Shown here in pieces: positions 36,304 through 46,042 of a stretch of DNA of 64,000 nt (position 1 is its first letter; every line of letters starts with the position of its first letter). The notes beneath the pieces were generated by a model. That model was given only the letters and a program-made list of their open reading frames with translations. It made no database searches and had not been told where the DNA came from. The translations under genes were made by a program, and so were the position numbers. Origin of the DNA: a virus (lineage: Duplodnaviria > Caudoviricetes); IMG/VR virus record IMGVR_UViG_3300033066_001722, positions 1 through 64,000 of that record; one strand, given 5' to 3'.

Positions 36304-38277
36304 CTACAAACGGAAACTATGAGCCCAGGCGCAGCGGAATCCGCTGTAGACAGTGCCGCCAGCTGCTCCACCATCCAGGGTATAGTTGGCTGGGTCTGCA
36401 GCTCCAGATCCTGCGAACTCCACAACGGTGTCTTGCCTGTTGTAGTAGAACCCAGTACCGTTGTGCGTGGTCAGATTGAACTGACCTTGTGCCATACCAG
36501 AGCCTAGAGCCAGCGAGCCAGTCCCCCAGCTGGAGTAGGAGCCTGTGTTCAGGACTTCGAAGATAACGCGCATACGGCTGACACGTGCATTGGATGGCAC
36601 AGGGGATTGTGTGAACGTCCCTGTGACGGTTGTCCCATGGGAGTAGATCCCATTGACAGGGTGTAGCTGCGTGCCGACACCAGCAGCTGCACCACCTAGA
36701 GAATCGTCGCTGAAGACCGTGAAGGTGAAGTCCCGATCTGTCTGCGTGTATGGGACGATATTGCCAGCAGAGTCGACCCAGAAGGTCGAGACCCACAGGT
36801 AGTCTGTGTTGCCGCTCTTGTACATGTAGCCGTCATCAGGCGCATCCGTGGACTTGGAGAACTCCAGGCTCGACCCATTGATCTTGGCGTAGACGTGATA
36901 GTGCGTCGAGGTCGACAGTCCTCCAGTCGATGGGTTGATCGTCGTCGAAGTCAGATGTGCCAACGACTTGATCGCAGAGCTGACCGTCGCAGAGACGATC
37001 CCCAGCGGCTTGATCGTGAGCACGCTGTTGCTCGAACAATCGACGCAGCGCGTCACGACGTGACCGTATAGGATCAGGTTGCGGAACGTCTCGAGTGCAG
37101 TGGTACGCGCGGTCAAGGACGTTGTCGTGTTCTCGACGGTCGTCACACGACTCTCGACAGAGGTCACACGAGCGTCTAGACTGAAGGCAGCCGAGCATTT
37201 CACTTTCTCGACGAGCGGGATCTGTCCATTGTTCTGCGTCGTGACGATCGCAAGAGGCGTGTCGACCAATGTCGCTGTGAACCCTTGCTGGGTACCGTCC
37301 TGGGTGCCCTTCCCGTCCTGTGGGTAGGGTGGGTCAAGCGGATAGTCTCCGGTCCCGTAGTAGATCGTCGGGACACCATCCTCGTCCAGGTTCATCCGAA
37401 CGACATAGACGGTATTGGCCAGGGGCAGGTTGATCGTTGCTGCCGGCAACGTGACCTGGACGATCCGGATCGCTCCACCGTCCTTGGGATCCTTATAGCC
37501 GATCAGCAGACTCTCTCCTCCTGGAATCGTGAGTGAGCCTGGCAGACCGACTTGGATGTTCGGTGTCGCTGCGATCGTCGCTGTCGACGTCTGAACGACG
37601 GGTCGAGGCATGATGTACGCGGAGGCGACGCGAGAGAAGTGACTCTCTTCTCGCGGAGAACCTGCTTCCCAGACGGGAGTCTGTAGACGCCAGACCTTGT
37701 TCGTCTGCGCGATCATCGAGCCATAGGCGAGCTCGACGATCGCCAACGGTTCTGCGAAGTCGTTGTTGCGCATCGTCTGCACGAGGTTCGAGACGATCGT
37801 TGACCCTCGCCAGTTCGTCCCAGAGACCTGCTCTGCGCTGCCGTAGACGAGGAACTCATATCCAGAGCGGTGGTTCTTGTACTCGGTATCTCCGAGTCTG
37901 TTGATGACCGCCTCGTCGAGCTCGATCTTCGACCGAACGCCGATGATGACCCACCGGATGTTCCCGGTCGTCGTGACGGCTGTGTTCCCCTGGAGGGACC
38001 CTGCTGTCGCAATCGACGTATTGATCGTCGTATTCGAGCTCCAGGTGACCGCGTTACCGTCGTTGCAGACAACAGCTCCAGCTCCAATCGTGATGTTTGC
38101 ACTCGGTGGAGACTCTGCAGTCACCGCAGGAGCACGTAGGACACCAGGCCCCCAGGTCTTCTGGACGCGCTTGAGTGCGCTGTCGACGTTCAAGAACTGC
38201 GTGTTCAATTCGTCGACGACGGTCAGGCCCGTGTAGAAGTTGATCCGATCGTAGTGGGGTGTGCTTTGGCGTGTCAT
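36304..38277 (-). CDS. tail fibre protein
   Basis: 657 aa, T/S/G-rich, short coiled coil (VTSVESRVTTVENTTTSLTARTTALE); downstream of the baseplate wedge. Confidence 0.7.
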   Translation of the reverse strand: MTRQSTPHYDRINFYTGLTVVDELNTQFLNVDSALKRVQKTWGPGVLRAPAVTAESPPSANITIGAGAVVCNDGNAVTWSSNTTINTSIATAGSLQGNTAVTTTGNIRWVIIGVRSKIELDEAVINRLGDTEYKNHRSGYEFLVYGSAEQVSGTNWRGSTIVSNLVQTMRNNDFAEPLAIVELAYGSMIAQTNKVWRLQTPVWEAGSPREESHFSRVASAYIMPRPVVQTSTATIAATPNIQVGLPGSLTIPGGESLLIGYKDPKDGGAIRIVQVTLPAATINLPLANTVYVVRMNLDEDGVPTIYYGTGDYPLDPPYPQDGKGTQDGTQQGFTATLVDTPLAIVTTQNNGQIPLVEKVKCSAAFSLDARVTSVESRVTTVENTTTSLTARTTALETFRNLILYGHVVTRCVDCSSNSVLTIKPLGIVSATVSSAIKSLAHLTSTTINPSTGGLSTSTHYHVYAKINGSSLEFSKSTDAPDDGYMYKSGNTDYLWVSTFWVDSAGNIVPYTQTDRDFTFTVFSDDSLGGAAAGVGTQLHPVNGIYSHGTTVTGTFTQSPVPSNARVSRMRVIFEVLNTGSYSSWGTGSLALGSGMAQGQFNLTTHNGTGFYYNRQDTVVEFAGSGAADPANYTLDGGAAGGTVYSGFRCAWAHSFRL

Positions 38278-39095
38278 GGGAGGTATCCGTCTCCGTTGAA
38301 TGGCGGCAATGTCGTATCTTTGTCTAGCATGGTCTTCTGTAGGGACAGCGAAGGTAGGCTCATGTCACCATCGATCGCGATCGAACCTACGACACCTACC
38401 CCTATGACCCAAGTCGAAGGGGCAAGCTTCGTATCTCTCGATAAACGAGAGCCTTCAACGATCCAGTACTTACTCTTCGCAGGCCAGAGGATCCGATATC
38501 GATCGACGTTCCGACGCAGGAGCTCTAACGTCCAGAGGATCCCCAGTAGATCTCCCTCGGTAGGCTCATACGAGAGCCGGACGACGAATTCGTAGGCGGG
38601 ACTCAGATCTTGAGGTTCCAAGGCTGCGACGCCTATGGAAGCTGCACCGACGACGAAGTGGTCGTACTCTGTGAGGGGACCCGTCCCGAGAGTCGTCTCG
38701 CCTATGACGAGTGTACCTATCTGGAACCTGTTCTCTGCCCAGCCATACTCGACCGCTGCCTGTCTCTGTGTCGTAAGGCGTATAGCCTCTTCAAGAGTCT
38801 TCGCCACACCCTTACCACGATACAGTCGAGGTAGCTCTCTCCACAGCTTCTGGCGGACGTCAAGCCCGATCCAGCCAGGGAAGTCGGAGATGCCGCGCTC
38901 GACAGCGAGCTCTCGTAGTTGCGTAGCTGTCTGATCTTCCGCGCGATATCGCGAGATCTCGTCGAGGGTAGACGTCCACCGAGAGGTCTCCAGGTGAACC
39001 AGCTTGAGCAGATCTTCGAGCTCCCCATTATCCGACTCTCGGAAGTAGCGAGGGAAGTCGTCGAGTGCAGACGTATGATCGTATCGGTCAGCCAC
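38274..39095 (-). CDS. baseplate wedge protein (P2 gpI-like)
   Basis: RELPRLYRGKGVAKTLEEAIRL motif; follows the gpJ-like gene. Confidence 0.7.
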   Translation of the reverse strand: MADRYDHTSALDDFPRYFRESDNGELEDLLKLVHLETSRWTSTLDEISRYRAEDQTATQLRELAVERGISDFPGWIGLDVRQKLWRELPRLYRGKGVAKTLEEAIRLTTQRQAAVEYGWAENRFQIGTLVIGETTLGTGPLTEYDHFVVGAASIGVAALEPQDLSPAYEFVVRLSYEPTEGDLLGILWTLELLRRNVDRYRILWPAKSKYWIVEGSRLSRDTKLAPSTWVIGVGVVGSIAIDGDMSLPSLSLQKTMLDKDTTLPPFNGDGYLP

Positions 39096-40611
39096 GAGTC
39101 GCCCTCTGCATGTGGACCGTCAGCGTAGGTGCGTACAGTTGACTCTGTTGCAGAGGTACTGCATCTCCCTGCGAACCGTCCGGCTTCGTGTAGAGCTTGC
39201 CTGTCTCATCCTTCAGACGTACGCTCACACTGTGAACACCTCGGATCGGTTGGACAGCCTCATAGATCCAAGAGATGGCTACTGGTTGTCCGATGTCCAG
39301 GACCCAGCGAGGATCCGGGACGAAGACACGTCCATCGAGTGTGAGTAGCCCTCCAGCTCCAATCATCCGGTTGACGACCTCCAAACGAACATCTTCAAGG
39401 TTCGCGGCTGCCGTACAGGTTACGTCGACCTCAACTTGTAGCCCGACGATCGCCGCTGATACTGTCAGGAGCCGGACAGTTCCACAGGGAGGGTAGATCT
39501 GCTTCATAGTCGACGCAATCTCGTCAAGGTCGCCACTTGGAAGAGTGGCAAGCTCTTTCGCGACGACGACAAGTACAGTATCGACTGGAACAACTGCCCA
39601 CTCGGAACGAGTGATCGCCATTGCTCTTCGAGCGCCAGCCTGAAAAGCCGCATACCCATAGTCAGGGTTGGAGACGCTCCTCGCGTTTGTCACGAGCGTT
39701 CCGAGTGCAGCCTGACGGATCTCTTCGATCGTCTCCTCATTCGCTCCGCCTACTGTATCCTCTGTCGAGAGGATCGAGGCGCGTAGCTGCGTACCGTCTG
39801 GTGCACTGATTTGACTCAGCAGTTGATTGACCAGGCCCTTCGGGACTCGTCCTGCCAAACCTGCGCATGTTCGCGCTGAGACCTCGACGGTCGCACCTGC
39901 TGGAGGGATCAGTCCGTTGACACTGTCTCCAAACTCGACGTAGTAGACACGCGATCCAGGAATGTCTTCTCGGAATCTCACACGGTAGTGACGATCGCTA
40001 GGCCCGCTCTCAAGGAGAGTAGCTTTGCGTGTCCAAACGACCCCGTTGACCTGGACCTTCAAGGAGTCCAAAGCGACGACCTGCTTGGAGTCTAGGCTTG
40101 CCTGGTAGGCAGGAGTCCCTGAAGAGATCGTCGTAGCTGCGGTCGAGGTTTCACCCTGTACCAACAGAAGGTCGACATAGCTCTGACCGGCAGGCTTGAC
40201 GATGTCCGCTGTAGACTCGAACACGACAGTCGTGCCAAGATTCGGATCCGACGATGCACGTAGCACCGGAATGATCAGTTCGGGCAGATAGTCGACACTC
40301 AGACGCGCCCTGACGGTCGCCGCCAGTGGGCCTCGATAGTTGTAGCCGTACGACGCTGCGATGTCTAGGATCGAGCCTGCTTGACGTGCTGTCAGCAGCA
40401 ACCGTTCCTCCGCCTCCAGTGCAGCTGCGAGATAGAAGGTCTCTCCCAGAGAAGCGAGATAGTCGAGGAAGGCAGACGTCAGGTTTGTCTTGAAGTATGC
40501 CTTCTTCCCAGGGTAATGCTGATCTAGGAATCCTCCAGGTCGGAAGAAATCGTCGATGATCTGGGTTGCACTCCGCCTCGTCGTATCTACTGTCGGCTGC
40601 TCTGTGCTCAT
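39088..40611 (-). CDS. baseplate wedge protein (gpJ / T4 gp6-like)
   Basis: LLTARQ..SILDIAASYGY, VEFGDSVNGLIPP, GGANEETIEEIR, RSVSNPDY. Confidence 0.88.
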   Translation of the reverse strand: MSTEQPTVDTTRRSATQIIDDFFRPGGFLDQHYPGKKAYFKTNLTSAFLDYLASLGETFYLAAALEAEERLLLTARQAGSILDIAASYGYNYRGPLAATVRARLSVDYLPELIIPVLRASSDPNLGTTVVFESTADIVKPAGQSYVDLLLVQGETSTAATTISSGTPAYQASLDSKQVVALDSLKVQVNGVVWTRKATLLESGPSDRHYRVRFREDIPGSRVYYVEFGDSVNGLIPPAGATVEVSARTCAGLAGRVPKGLVNQLLSQISAPDGTQLRASILSTEDTVGGANEETIEEIRQAALGTLVTNARSVSNPDYGYAAFQAGARRAMAITRSEWAVVPVDTVLVVVAKELATLPSGDLDEIASTMKQIYPPCGTVRLLTVSAAIVGLQVEVDVTCTAAANLEDVRLEVVNRMIGAGGLLTLDGRVFVPDPRWVLDIGQPVAISWIYEAVQPIRGVHSVSVRLKDETGKLYTKPDGSQGDAVPLQQSQLYAPTLTVHMQRATRG

Positions 40612-40994
40612 CTTGTCTTCTCATATAAGGAGCTGAACGTCGTCTGACGAAGCTGCTGTGTCCGCGCACGTCTCCAGACGATCTGGATGTTGAAGCCTGC
40701 TGTCCCGGACTCCTGTTCGATACGCGTCACTTGGACCTGGATGACCTGCAAGTCTTTCAGATAGCGTCTAACTGCGATCTTGATGTAGACTCGAACCAAG
40801 ACCTCCGAGACCAGCCGGACAGGCTCGTAGATGAGCTTGCGAAGCGGAACACCTAGATCGGGAGCAAGTAGACGCTCTCCAGGTTCCGTCATGACGAGAT
40901 GGCGCAGAGCTTGCTCTGCAGCTGCGTCTGCATCGAGCTCTGCGAAGACTCCTGTCGGCCCGATCTCAAGAGGCCATTTCCACACACTGCTCAT
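40608..40994 (-). CDS. gp25/GPW-like baseplate protein
   Basis: LVMTEPGERLLAPDLG motif. Confidence 0.88.
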   Translation of the reverse strand: MSSVWKWPLEIGPTGVFAELDADAAAEQALRHLVMTEPGERLLAPDLGVPLRKLIYEPVRLVSEVLVRVYIKIAVRRYLKDLQVIQVQVTRIEQESGTAGFNIQIVWRRARTQQLRQTTFSSLYEKTR

Positions 40995-41803
40995 AGAATG
41001 TCACGTAATGTCTGGATGTCTGTGACGAATACGACCGCTGCTGCGTACTCCTCTGAGGAGGGTGCACCAGGAGCGCTGATGATCGCGTAGCTTTCCTCCC
41101 GCGGAAGATCATCGATCCAGAGCACTCGAACACCTGCCAACTCAGGCAAGGTCAGACTGTCTAATCGACGCTGTATATCCTCCAACCGATCTGCAGCTCC
41201 CTGGATAGTGCGAGCATTCTGCACGGCCAGTCCTTTGGAACCGAGAGAGCGAGAGGTGACGTCCAGTAGCGAATCGATCATCGCTGAGGCTGTCCCCAGC
41301 TTGGGGATCGCCTCTCCAAGTGAGAGCTCCTGATAGCTCGGAAGTCGTTGACGTGTCCGATCTAGCTCCTCTGGAGCGTCGTCCCACCGGAGACCGTCCA
41401 GTGTGATCGTTGTCCCTGTGAAGTCCGCCAGCTTGTCTGCCAAGTTGAGCAACGCAGCTGGGGTCGGCGCAGAGAATAGCAAGATCAGTCCGCTGAGCGT
41501 CTCAGACTCGATCGAAGTCAAGCTCTCCGTCAAGCGTAGGCTGAGTTGACTCCAGGTCTCGACATCAGACAAGGCAAGTGGGATGAAGGAGGCCATTTGG
41601 AGCTTTCGCTCTGCGAGTCCTCGTAGCGGACTCAGTGTCCTCTCCACATCTGAGATCTTCGACGCAAGTGCAGCTGTCCGCAGATTCGCCTGCGACATCG
41701 CAACGTCAGCTGCGATCTTCGCAGCACGTAGCGGACCTGACAGGACCTCCTTCGCAGCAGAGATCGAACCAGGGATACGAAGAGATAGATCTGTGAACTG
41801 CAT
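40991..41803 (-). CDS. hypothetical baseplate-region protein
   Basis: Start moved to ATG 41803; coupled to its neighbours. Confidence 0.6.
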   Translation of the reverse strand: MQFTDLSLRIPGSISAAKEVLSGPLRAAKIAADVAMSQANLRTAALASKISDVERTLSPLRGLAERKLQMASFIPLALSDVETWSQLSLRLTESLTSIESETLSGLILLFSAPTPAALLNLADKLADFTGTTITLDGLRWDDAPEELDRTRQRLPSYQELSLGEAIPKLGTASAMIDSLLDVTSRSLGSKGLAVQNARTIQGAADRLEDIQRRLDSLTLPELAGVRVLWIDDLPREESYAIISAPGAPSSEEYAAAVVFVTDIQTLRDIL

Positions 41804-42825
41804 CAGGTTGCCCTCACCCTGCTTGTGATACACTTCGGGAGTGCGTCGTTGAACGTCGCACATCCGCTCACAAGTGTCGTACAGGCTGTCGTCGTAGCAG
41901 ACGCCTGCGCTGTCAGCGCCGGTACTGCTGTACCCAGCGAGGTAGACAAGGTCCCCAGAGAGCCGCTCAGCGCTGATATGAGGTTCGCGAGGGATTTCAA
42001 CAGCGTGACAGCAGGCTCAAGCAGGATGTACTGCCCAGGCGTGTCACCTTCCCCTGCTCCTAGCTCAACCACTCCGTCGACATATATCCCAGCCGACTTC
42101 AGACTGATGACAGCGCCCTTTTCCACGCGGATGGTGCCGCCCTCTGTCCGGATCGTGACAGGCCCCTCTGTGTCGATCTGGAGGGCCTTGGCGTGGAGGT
42201 TCTTGTTGCCACCTATCTCCACATCCAACTTCCCCGCGATCGACTCCGACTTGTCTCCTCCGAAGGAGGACTCCGACAGCCCCTTGACCTGTAGGCTAAA
42301 CGCTCCAGTGTCGACGGTGTAAGATCCGCGAACGACGTCTCGAACGGACCCGTCGTAGCTTGACTCGCGGGAGCCCTTGACCTCCAAGGTCTGATTACCT
42401 CCAACGAACGTCCGCTGTGAGCGAACGATGTGCAGGTAGTCCACGCCTCCGACCCTCGTGGTCGAGGAACCCCAAACGTTGATATCTCGCTCTAGCTTGA
42501 TGTCGAGTCTGTAGGCTCCAGCGATTCGGATACGCTCGTCTGTGTTGCGCATGTCTCCAGCGTAGACAGGCTGAGCTGTCCAGACAGGGAAGTCAACGTG
42601 CCCGTTCTTGAACTGGACGAATACGTTGGAGTTGACGTTTGGCCGACGCAGCTCGCCATGCTTGTTTCCGGTGTACGGGTACGCTCCGCAGACGGCCCAT
42701 GGCAGGTCACTGGCGGTCAGTCGCTCATCATGGATGCCGATGACTCGGATCTTGAGACGTAGCCGATCTGAGGGATCATTGTTGTCTAGGACGATGCCTT
42801 CATAGAGGCCTGTGAAGCTGTTCAT
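41803..42825 (-). CDS. baseplate spike (gp5/VgrG OB-fold + beta-helix)
   Basis: YEGIVLDNNDP...RLKIRV, RPNVNSNVFVQFKNG..DFPVW, followed by beta-helix repeats. Confidence 0.88.
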   Translation of the reverse strand: MNSFTGLYEGIVLDNNDPSDRLRLKIRVIGIHDERLTASDLPWAVCGAYPYTGNKHGELRRPNVNSNVFVQFKNGHVDFPVWTAQPVYAGDMRNTDERIRIAGAYRLDIKLERDINVWGSSTTRVGGVDYLHIVRSQRTFVGGNQTLEVKGSRESSYDGSVRDVVRGSYTVDTGAFSLQVKGLSESSFGGDKSESIAGKLDVEIGGNKNLHAKALQIDTEGPVTIRTEGGTIRVEKGAVISLKSAGIYVDGVVELGAGEGDTPGQYILLEPAVTLLKSLANLISALSGSLGTLSTSLGTAVPALTAQASATTTACTTLVSGCATFNDALPKCITSRVRAT

Positions 42826-43982
42826 TCGTGGAATCCCCCTCCCTTCATATAAGTGAAGGTCCGCTTCTTCGGGCCTGAGGTCACTTGCGCGTCGTGCTTG
42901 GCACCCTTCTCAACAGTCTCACGACGCGCGGACCCACGATTCAGGCCACCTCTCTTCATCTTGACCGTTGCCTCTATGAGGCTGTCTCCTATGTCATAGG
43001 AGACTTCAGTCGCAAGATAGAGCCCCTCGTGAGCAGGATGGACTCCAACGACGTGGTAGTTCGCTCCCTTCACGATCTCTGTGTTCAGAGCGACTGCGTG
43101 AGCCTCAACGGTCCTCCAGCGTGCACGCTTGCTGTCCTCATCCGCCTTCTTCTGCGTGACGTCTTTCTTCTCTGGAGAGAGGTCGTGCGCAGGCTGCTCG
43201 ACGATCTTCTCTCTGGCCTGGAAACCTCCTCCTTCGAGGAACTTGATCCCTGTCAGTTTGACCTTCGAGGGATTGCGAGCCTCTTTGGAGTTCGCATTCT
43301 CCTGCTTACCAGTCTCGGAGTTGATCCCGGTCGCAAGGATCGAGTGAGCCTCGCCATAGCTTGCCTTGGCAGTTACACTGAAGCTCTTCAAGTTCGGATG
43401 GTCTCCTCCGTATTCGAGCTTCCCAGTCGGAGGTGCATCGTAACCGATAGGCTCGAAGATGACAGTGCTAGCCTCGTCGATACCGAAGTGATAGCCTTCA
43501 TCCTCCGCAAGATCCATGATCAGATCTGCATACGAGCGATAGGCTTGATTGATCGTCCGCCGGACTACGGTTGGAGTGATTCGTGTCCGCATCCCGACTC
43601 TAGCCGCTATCGCCGCGACGATCTCGGAGGCAGTCTTGTTAACCCATGCATCTCCCGTCTTCCGCAGCATCGTATGCGTGCGACTACGGCAAGTCAGATG
43701 GACATCTAAGACCCCCTCGTACGCGTACTTAACCTTCGAGATTCTCAGAGATCTTCGACGAGACCACTCACCCTTCACACCCCAGACGAGGGTGAGCTCA
43801 GATTTCTCCTGCAGAAGAGGCTCGTCGGGGAAGCTCCATGGAGCTCCCTTGATCTCGAGACTGAGCTCAGTGGCCTTGCTCAGATCATCCTTGACGCTGA
43901 TCTTCCCAACAGGCATCAATCGAGGAAATCGCTGAAGGAGCGAACTCCCGTCCTCCAAGAGGATGTCGTAGAATCCGTTCAC
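42822..43982 (-). CDS. baseplate hub (gpD/gp27-like)
   Basis: 386 aa; KTASEIVAAIA...SYADLIMDLAEDEGY; canonical position. Confidence 0.8.
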   Translation of the reverse strand: MNGFYDILLEDGSSLLQRFPRLMPVGKISVKDDLSKATELSLEIKGAPWSFPDEPLLQEKSELTLVWGVKGEWSRRRSLRISKVKYAYEGVLDVHLTCRSRTHTMLRKTGDAWVNKTASEIVAAIAARVGMRTRITPTVVRRTINQAYRSYADLIMDLAEDEGYHFGIDEASTVIFEPIGYDAPPTGKLEYGGDHPNLKSFSVTAKASYGEAHSILATGINSETGKQENANSKEARNPSKVKLTGIKFLEGGGFQAREKIVEQPAHDLSPEKKDVTQKKADEDSKRARWRTVEAHAVALNTEIVKGANYHVVGVHPAHEGLYLATEVSYDIGDSLIEATVKMKRGGLNRGSARRETVEKGAKHDAQVTSGPKKRTFTYMKGGGFHE

Positions 43983-44293
43983 GTCTCCAGCTCCATAGCA
44001 GCTTGGATCCTAGCAGCTGTCGGGATCCTGTACTTCGTCCCTGTCGGAAGTCCTCTGAAGAACGCTTGGAAGATCTGTGTGATCTGATTCACATCAAGGA
44101 TAGCCCACCATAGACGAAAGTCTCCGTAGACTCGGTGAGCTAGGATCGGCAGAGGAACCACCGCATCCATGACCATCTCTCGATCTGATGGATCTGGAGG
44201 CAGTCGTAGACTTGTCCGCCTACTCAGGTGTATGAGGCCCCTCTCGGTGTCGTTGATCTGGAATGTCTTGTACCATGCTGAGGTCTCAGCCAT
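43979..44293 (-). CDS. gp53/tail X-like baseplate protein
   Basis: ILAHRVYGDFRLWWAILDVN...YRIP. Start at ATG 44293. Confidence 0.8.
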   Translation of the reverse strand: MAETSAWYKTFQINDTERGLIHLSRRTSLRLPPDPSDREMVMDAVVPLPILAHRVYGDFRLWWAILDVNQITQIFQAFFRGLPTGTKYRIPTAARIQAAMELET

Positions 44294-44792
44294 CGACGTC
44301 TCCCGTTCCACCTGTACGAGATGCTGCTCCGTCTCGGACATCCTTGAAGTTCACGACAGTATCTTCGACCACCTCAAATACGACCGACGCCGATGCGTGC
44401 TCTGGGTGTCCGCTCGGGTTGAACGCTGTGTGGTACTTCAAACTCACACTCTTGATCAGTCCGACTAGCTCGACGAACTCTCCGAAGATCAGAAGAACGT
44501 ACGGTACCGTCTGCTCCACGACGCCATGTTCGTTGTCAGGATAGGTAAGCGCGAGCAGACGGTCTGTAGCCTTCGAGACCTCATCTTCTTCAGACCCATA
44601 TCGGGCGAATTCCAACGTGAAGTTGTAGCTGTGTTCCGATACAGGACCAGGTCGATTCCGAGGATTTGAGTGAAGGGGCACAGGCGAGGAAGCTGTGTTC
44701 ACAGCACGCTTCACTTCAATATCCTCTGGGAGGTACTGAAACGTCACCTTCGATTGATCTCGAAGGTCGACGATATAGCCTTGGTAACTCAT
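44286..44792 (-). CDS. tail tube initiator-like protein
   Basis: VTFQYLPEDI, LIFGE...IKSVSLKY..F..SG.P..ASASVVF. Confidence 0.75.
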   Translation of the reverse strand: MSYQGYIVDLRDQSKVTFQYLPEDIEVKRAVNTASSPVPLHSNPRNRPGPVSEHSYNFTLEFARYGSEEDEVSKATDRLLALTYPDNEHGVVEQTVPYVLLIFGEFVELVGLIKSVSLKYHTAFNPSGHPEHASASVVFEVVEDTVVNFKDVRDGAASRTGGTGDVDG

Positions 44793-46042
44793 ATCTCCAG
44801 CTCTCCTGAAGTCCAGATGAAGCGTGTACTGAGTTCACGATCTGTAGTCGGCCTACGACGCGCCTCATTGAGCTTCTGTTCGTTTGTGAGAGAAGCTCGA
44901 ACGATGACCTCATCGCCATACTCTTTGACCTCATGGATCTTGAAGGCAGAGCCTCGAGGGAGTAAGAATTCATTCAGAGGATGCTTACCTCCGTTCGCAA
45001 AGAGTGCACCCTTTGTCCCCTTAGGGAGATCGAGCTCAACTCGAACAAGCTTCTTCTCACCTCGTAATTCATACTTCATGTAAGGTTTGAAATCGCCTCC
45101 CGGCAATGATGTTGAGACGTAGCCATGATCCCGAAAGACCTTACCAGGACGTAGCTTGCTTAGCAGATCACTATCTGCCGCGAGATACCTCCTTACGGTC
45201 GTATCCTCCCTGAGAGGCGTCTTCATTGCCGAGTCTAGATGCTGTACAGCTCTTCGAATCTCGTCAAGATTGATATCCTTGCGAACCCCTGTCTCATCAC
45301 TCGGGTGTACAACTACACCTGCACCATCTCGCAGAGCACGATTCATCCAGCTACTACCTGACCCCTGATAGTAGAGCTGAGCTGCCTTTTCATCTTTCGA
45401 AAGTGAATGCCAATGACCCTTTGCATAGGCTTTGAATTCTCGCACCTCAGGTTTGGACCAGCTACGAAAACTCACAGCCATCTCCTCTGCGTCCTTAGCC
45501 TCCCAGACCTTACCTTCCTTGTGATACTGTTTCGCGAGCTCGTCAAATGCCTTGGCAGCCTTCAGATTAGCTGATTCAGTGGAGAGACGGTCTGCCTCTC
45601 GCAGTAGATATTGCGCACGATCTTTCAGCTTCTTTGGCTCGGTACCTGCTGCACGATGCTGCATATCTGATTCGAAATTCTTCTCGCTGAAGCCTCGTGA
45701 CTTGATCTCTCGCATCAGTATCTTCTGTACAGAAGTATCTGGTTTCGCCTGCCACTCTCGTAGCAGCTCTTCGTCTGAAGCAAGTGCGTACCTTACCTCC
45801 TCCAGAGGTATCTTCCTACCGTCTGAAGTGTACGCATGTGGTCCTTCGACCTTAGCGATCTTTACGAGATCTCCCTTCGTATCTTCAAATTCAGCTCCTA
45901 CATACTTCGGTTCTGATCCTTGAAGACTCTTCACCAACTTCTGTGGCCCTGCCTTGATCTCGCCGTCATCGCCGATGAGTACAGGTGTACCGTTCATCGT
46001 GACCCAGCCTTCAAGAAGGAGACTCTGTAGGTCTTTGATCAT
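44789..46042 (-). CDS. tagged putative virion protein with a C-terminal ADP-ribosyltransferase domain (R-S-E clade, VIP2/Alt-like)
   Basis: Start at ATG 46042 (ATGA with the tape measure stop). N-tag LLLEGWVTMNG; ART motifs YQGSGSSWMNRALR, TVRR, YVSTS, NEFLLPRG. Confidence 0.85.
   Translation of the reverse strand: MIKDLQSLLLEGWVTMNGTPVLIGDDGEIKAGPQKLVKSLQGSEPKYVGAEFEDTKGDLVKIAKVEGPHAYTSDGRKIPLEEVRYALASDEELLREWQAKPDTSVQKILMREIKSRGFSEKNFESDMQHRAAGTEPKKLKDRAQYLLREADRLSTESANLKAAKAFDELAKQYHKEGKVWEAKDAEEMAVSFRSWSKPEVREFKAYAKGHWHSLSKDEKAAQLYYQGSGSSWMNRALRDGAGVVVHPSDETGVRKDINLDEIRRAVQHLDSAMKTPLREDTTVRRYLAADSDLLSKLRPGKVFRDHGYVSTSLPGGDFKPYMKYELRGEKKLVRVELDLPKGTKGALFANGGKHPLNEFLLPRGSAFKIHEVKEYGDEVIVRASLTNEQKLNEARRRPTTDRELSTRFIWTSGELEI

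Noticed and set aside
38274-38720. Repeated (F/W)x(I/V)G...(I/L)G motifs in the wedge protein
   Set aside because: Such short repeats are common in baseplate wedge proteins.
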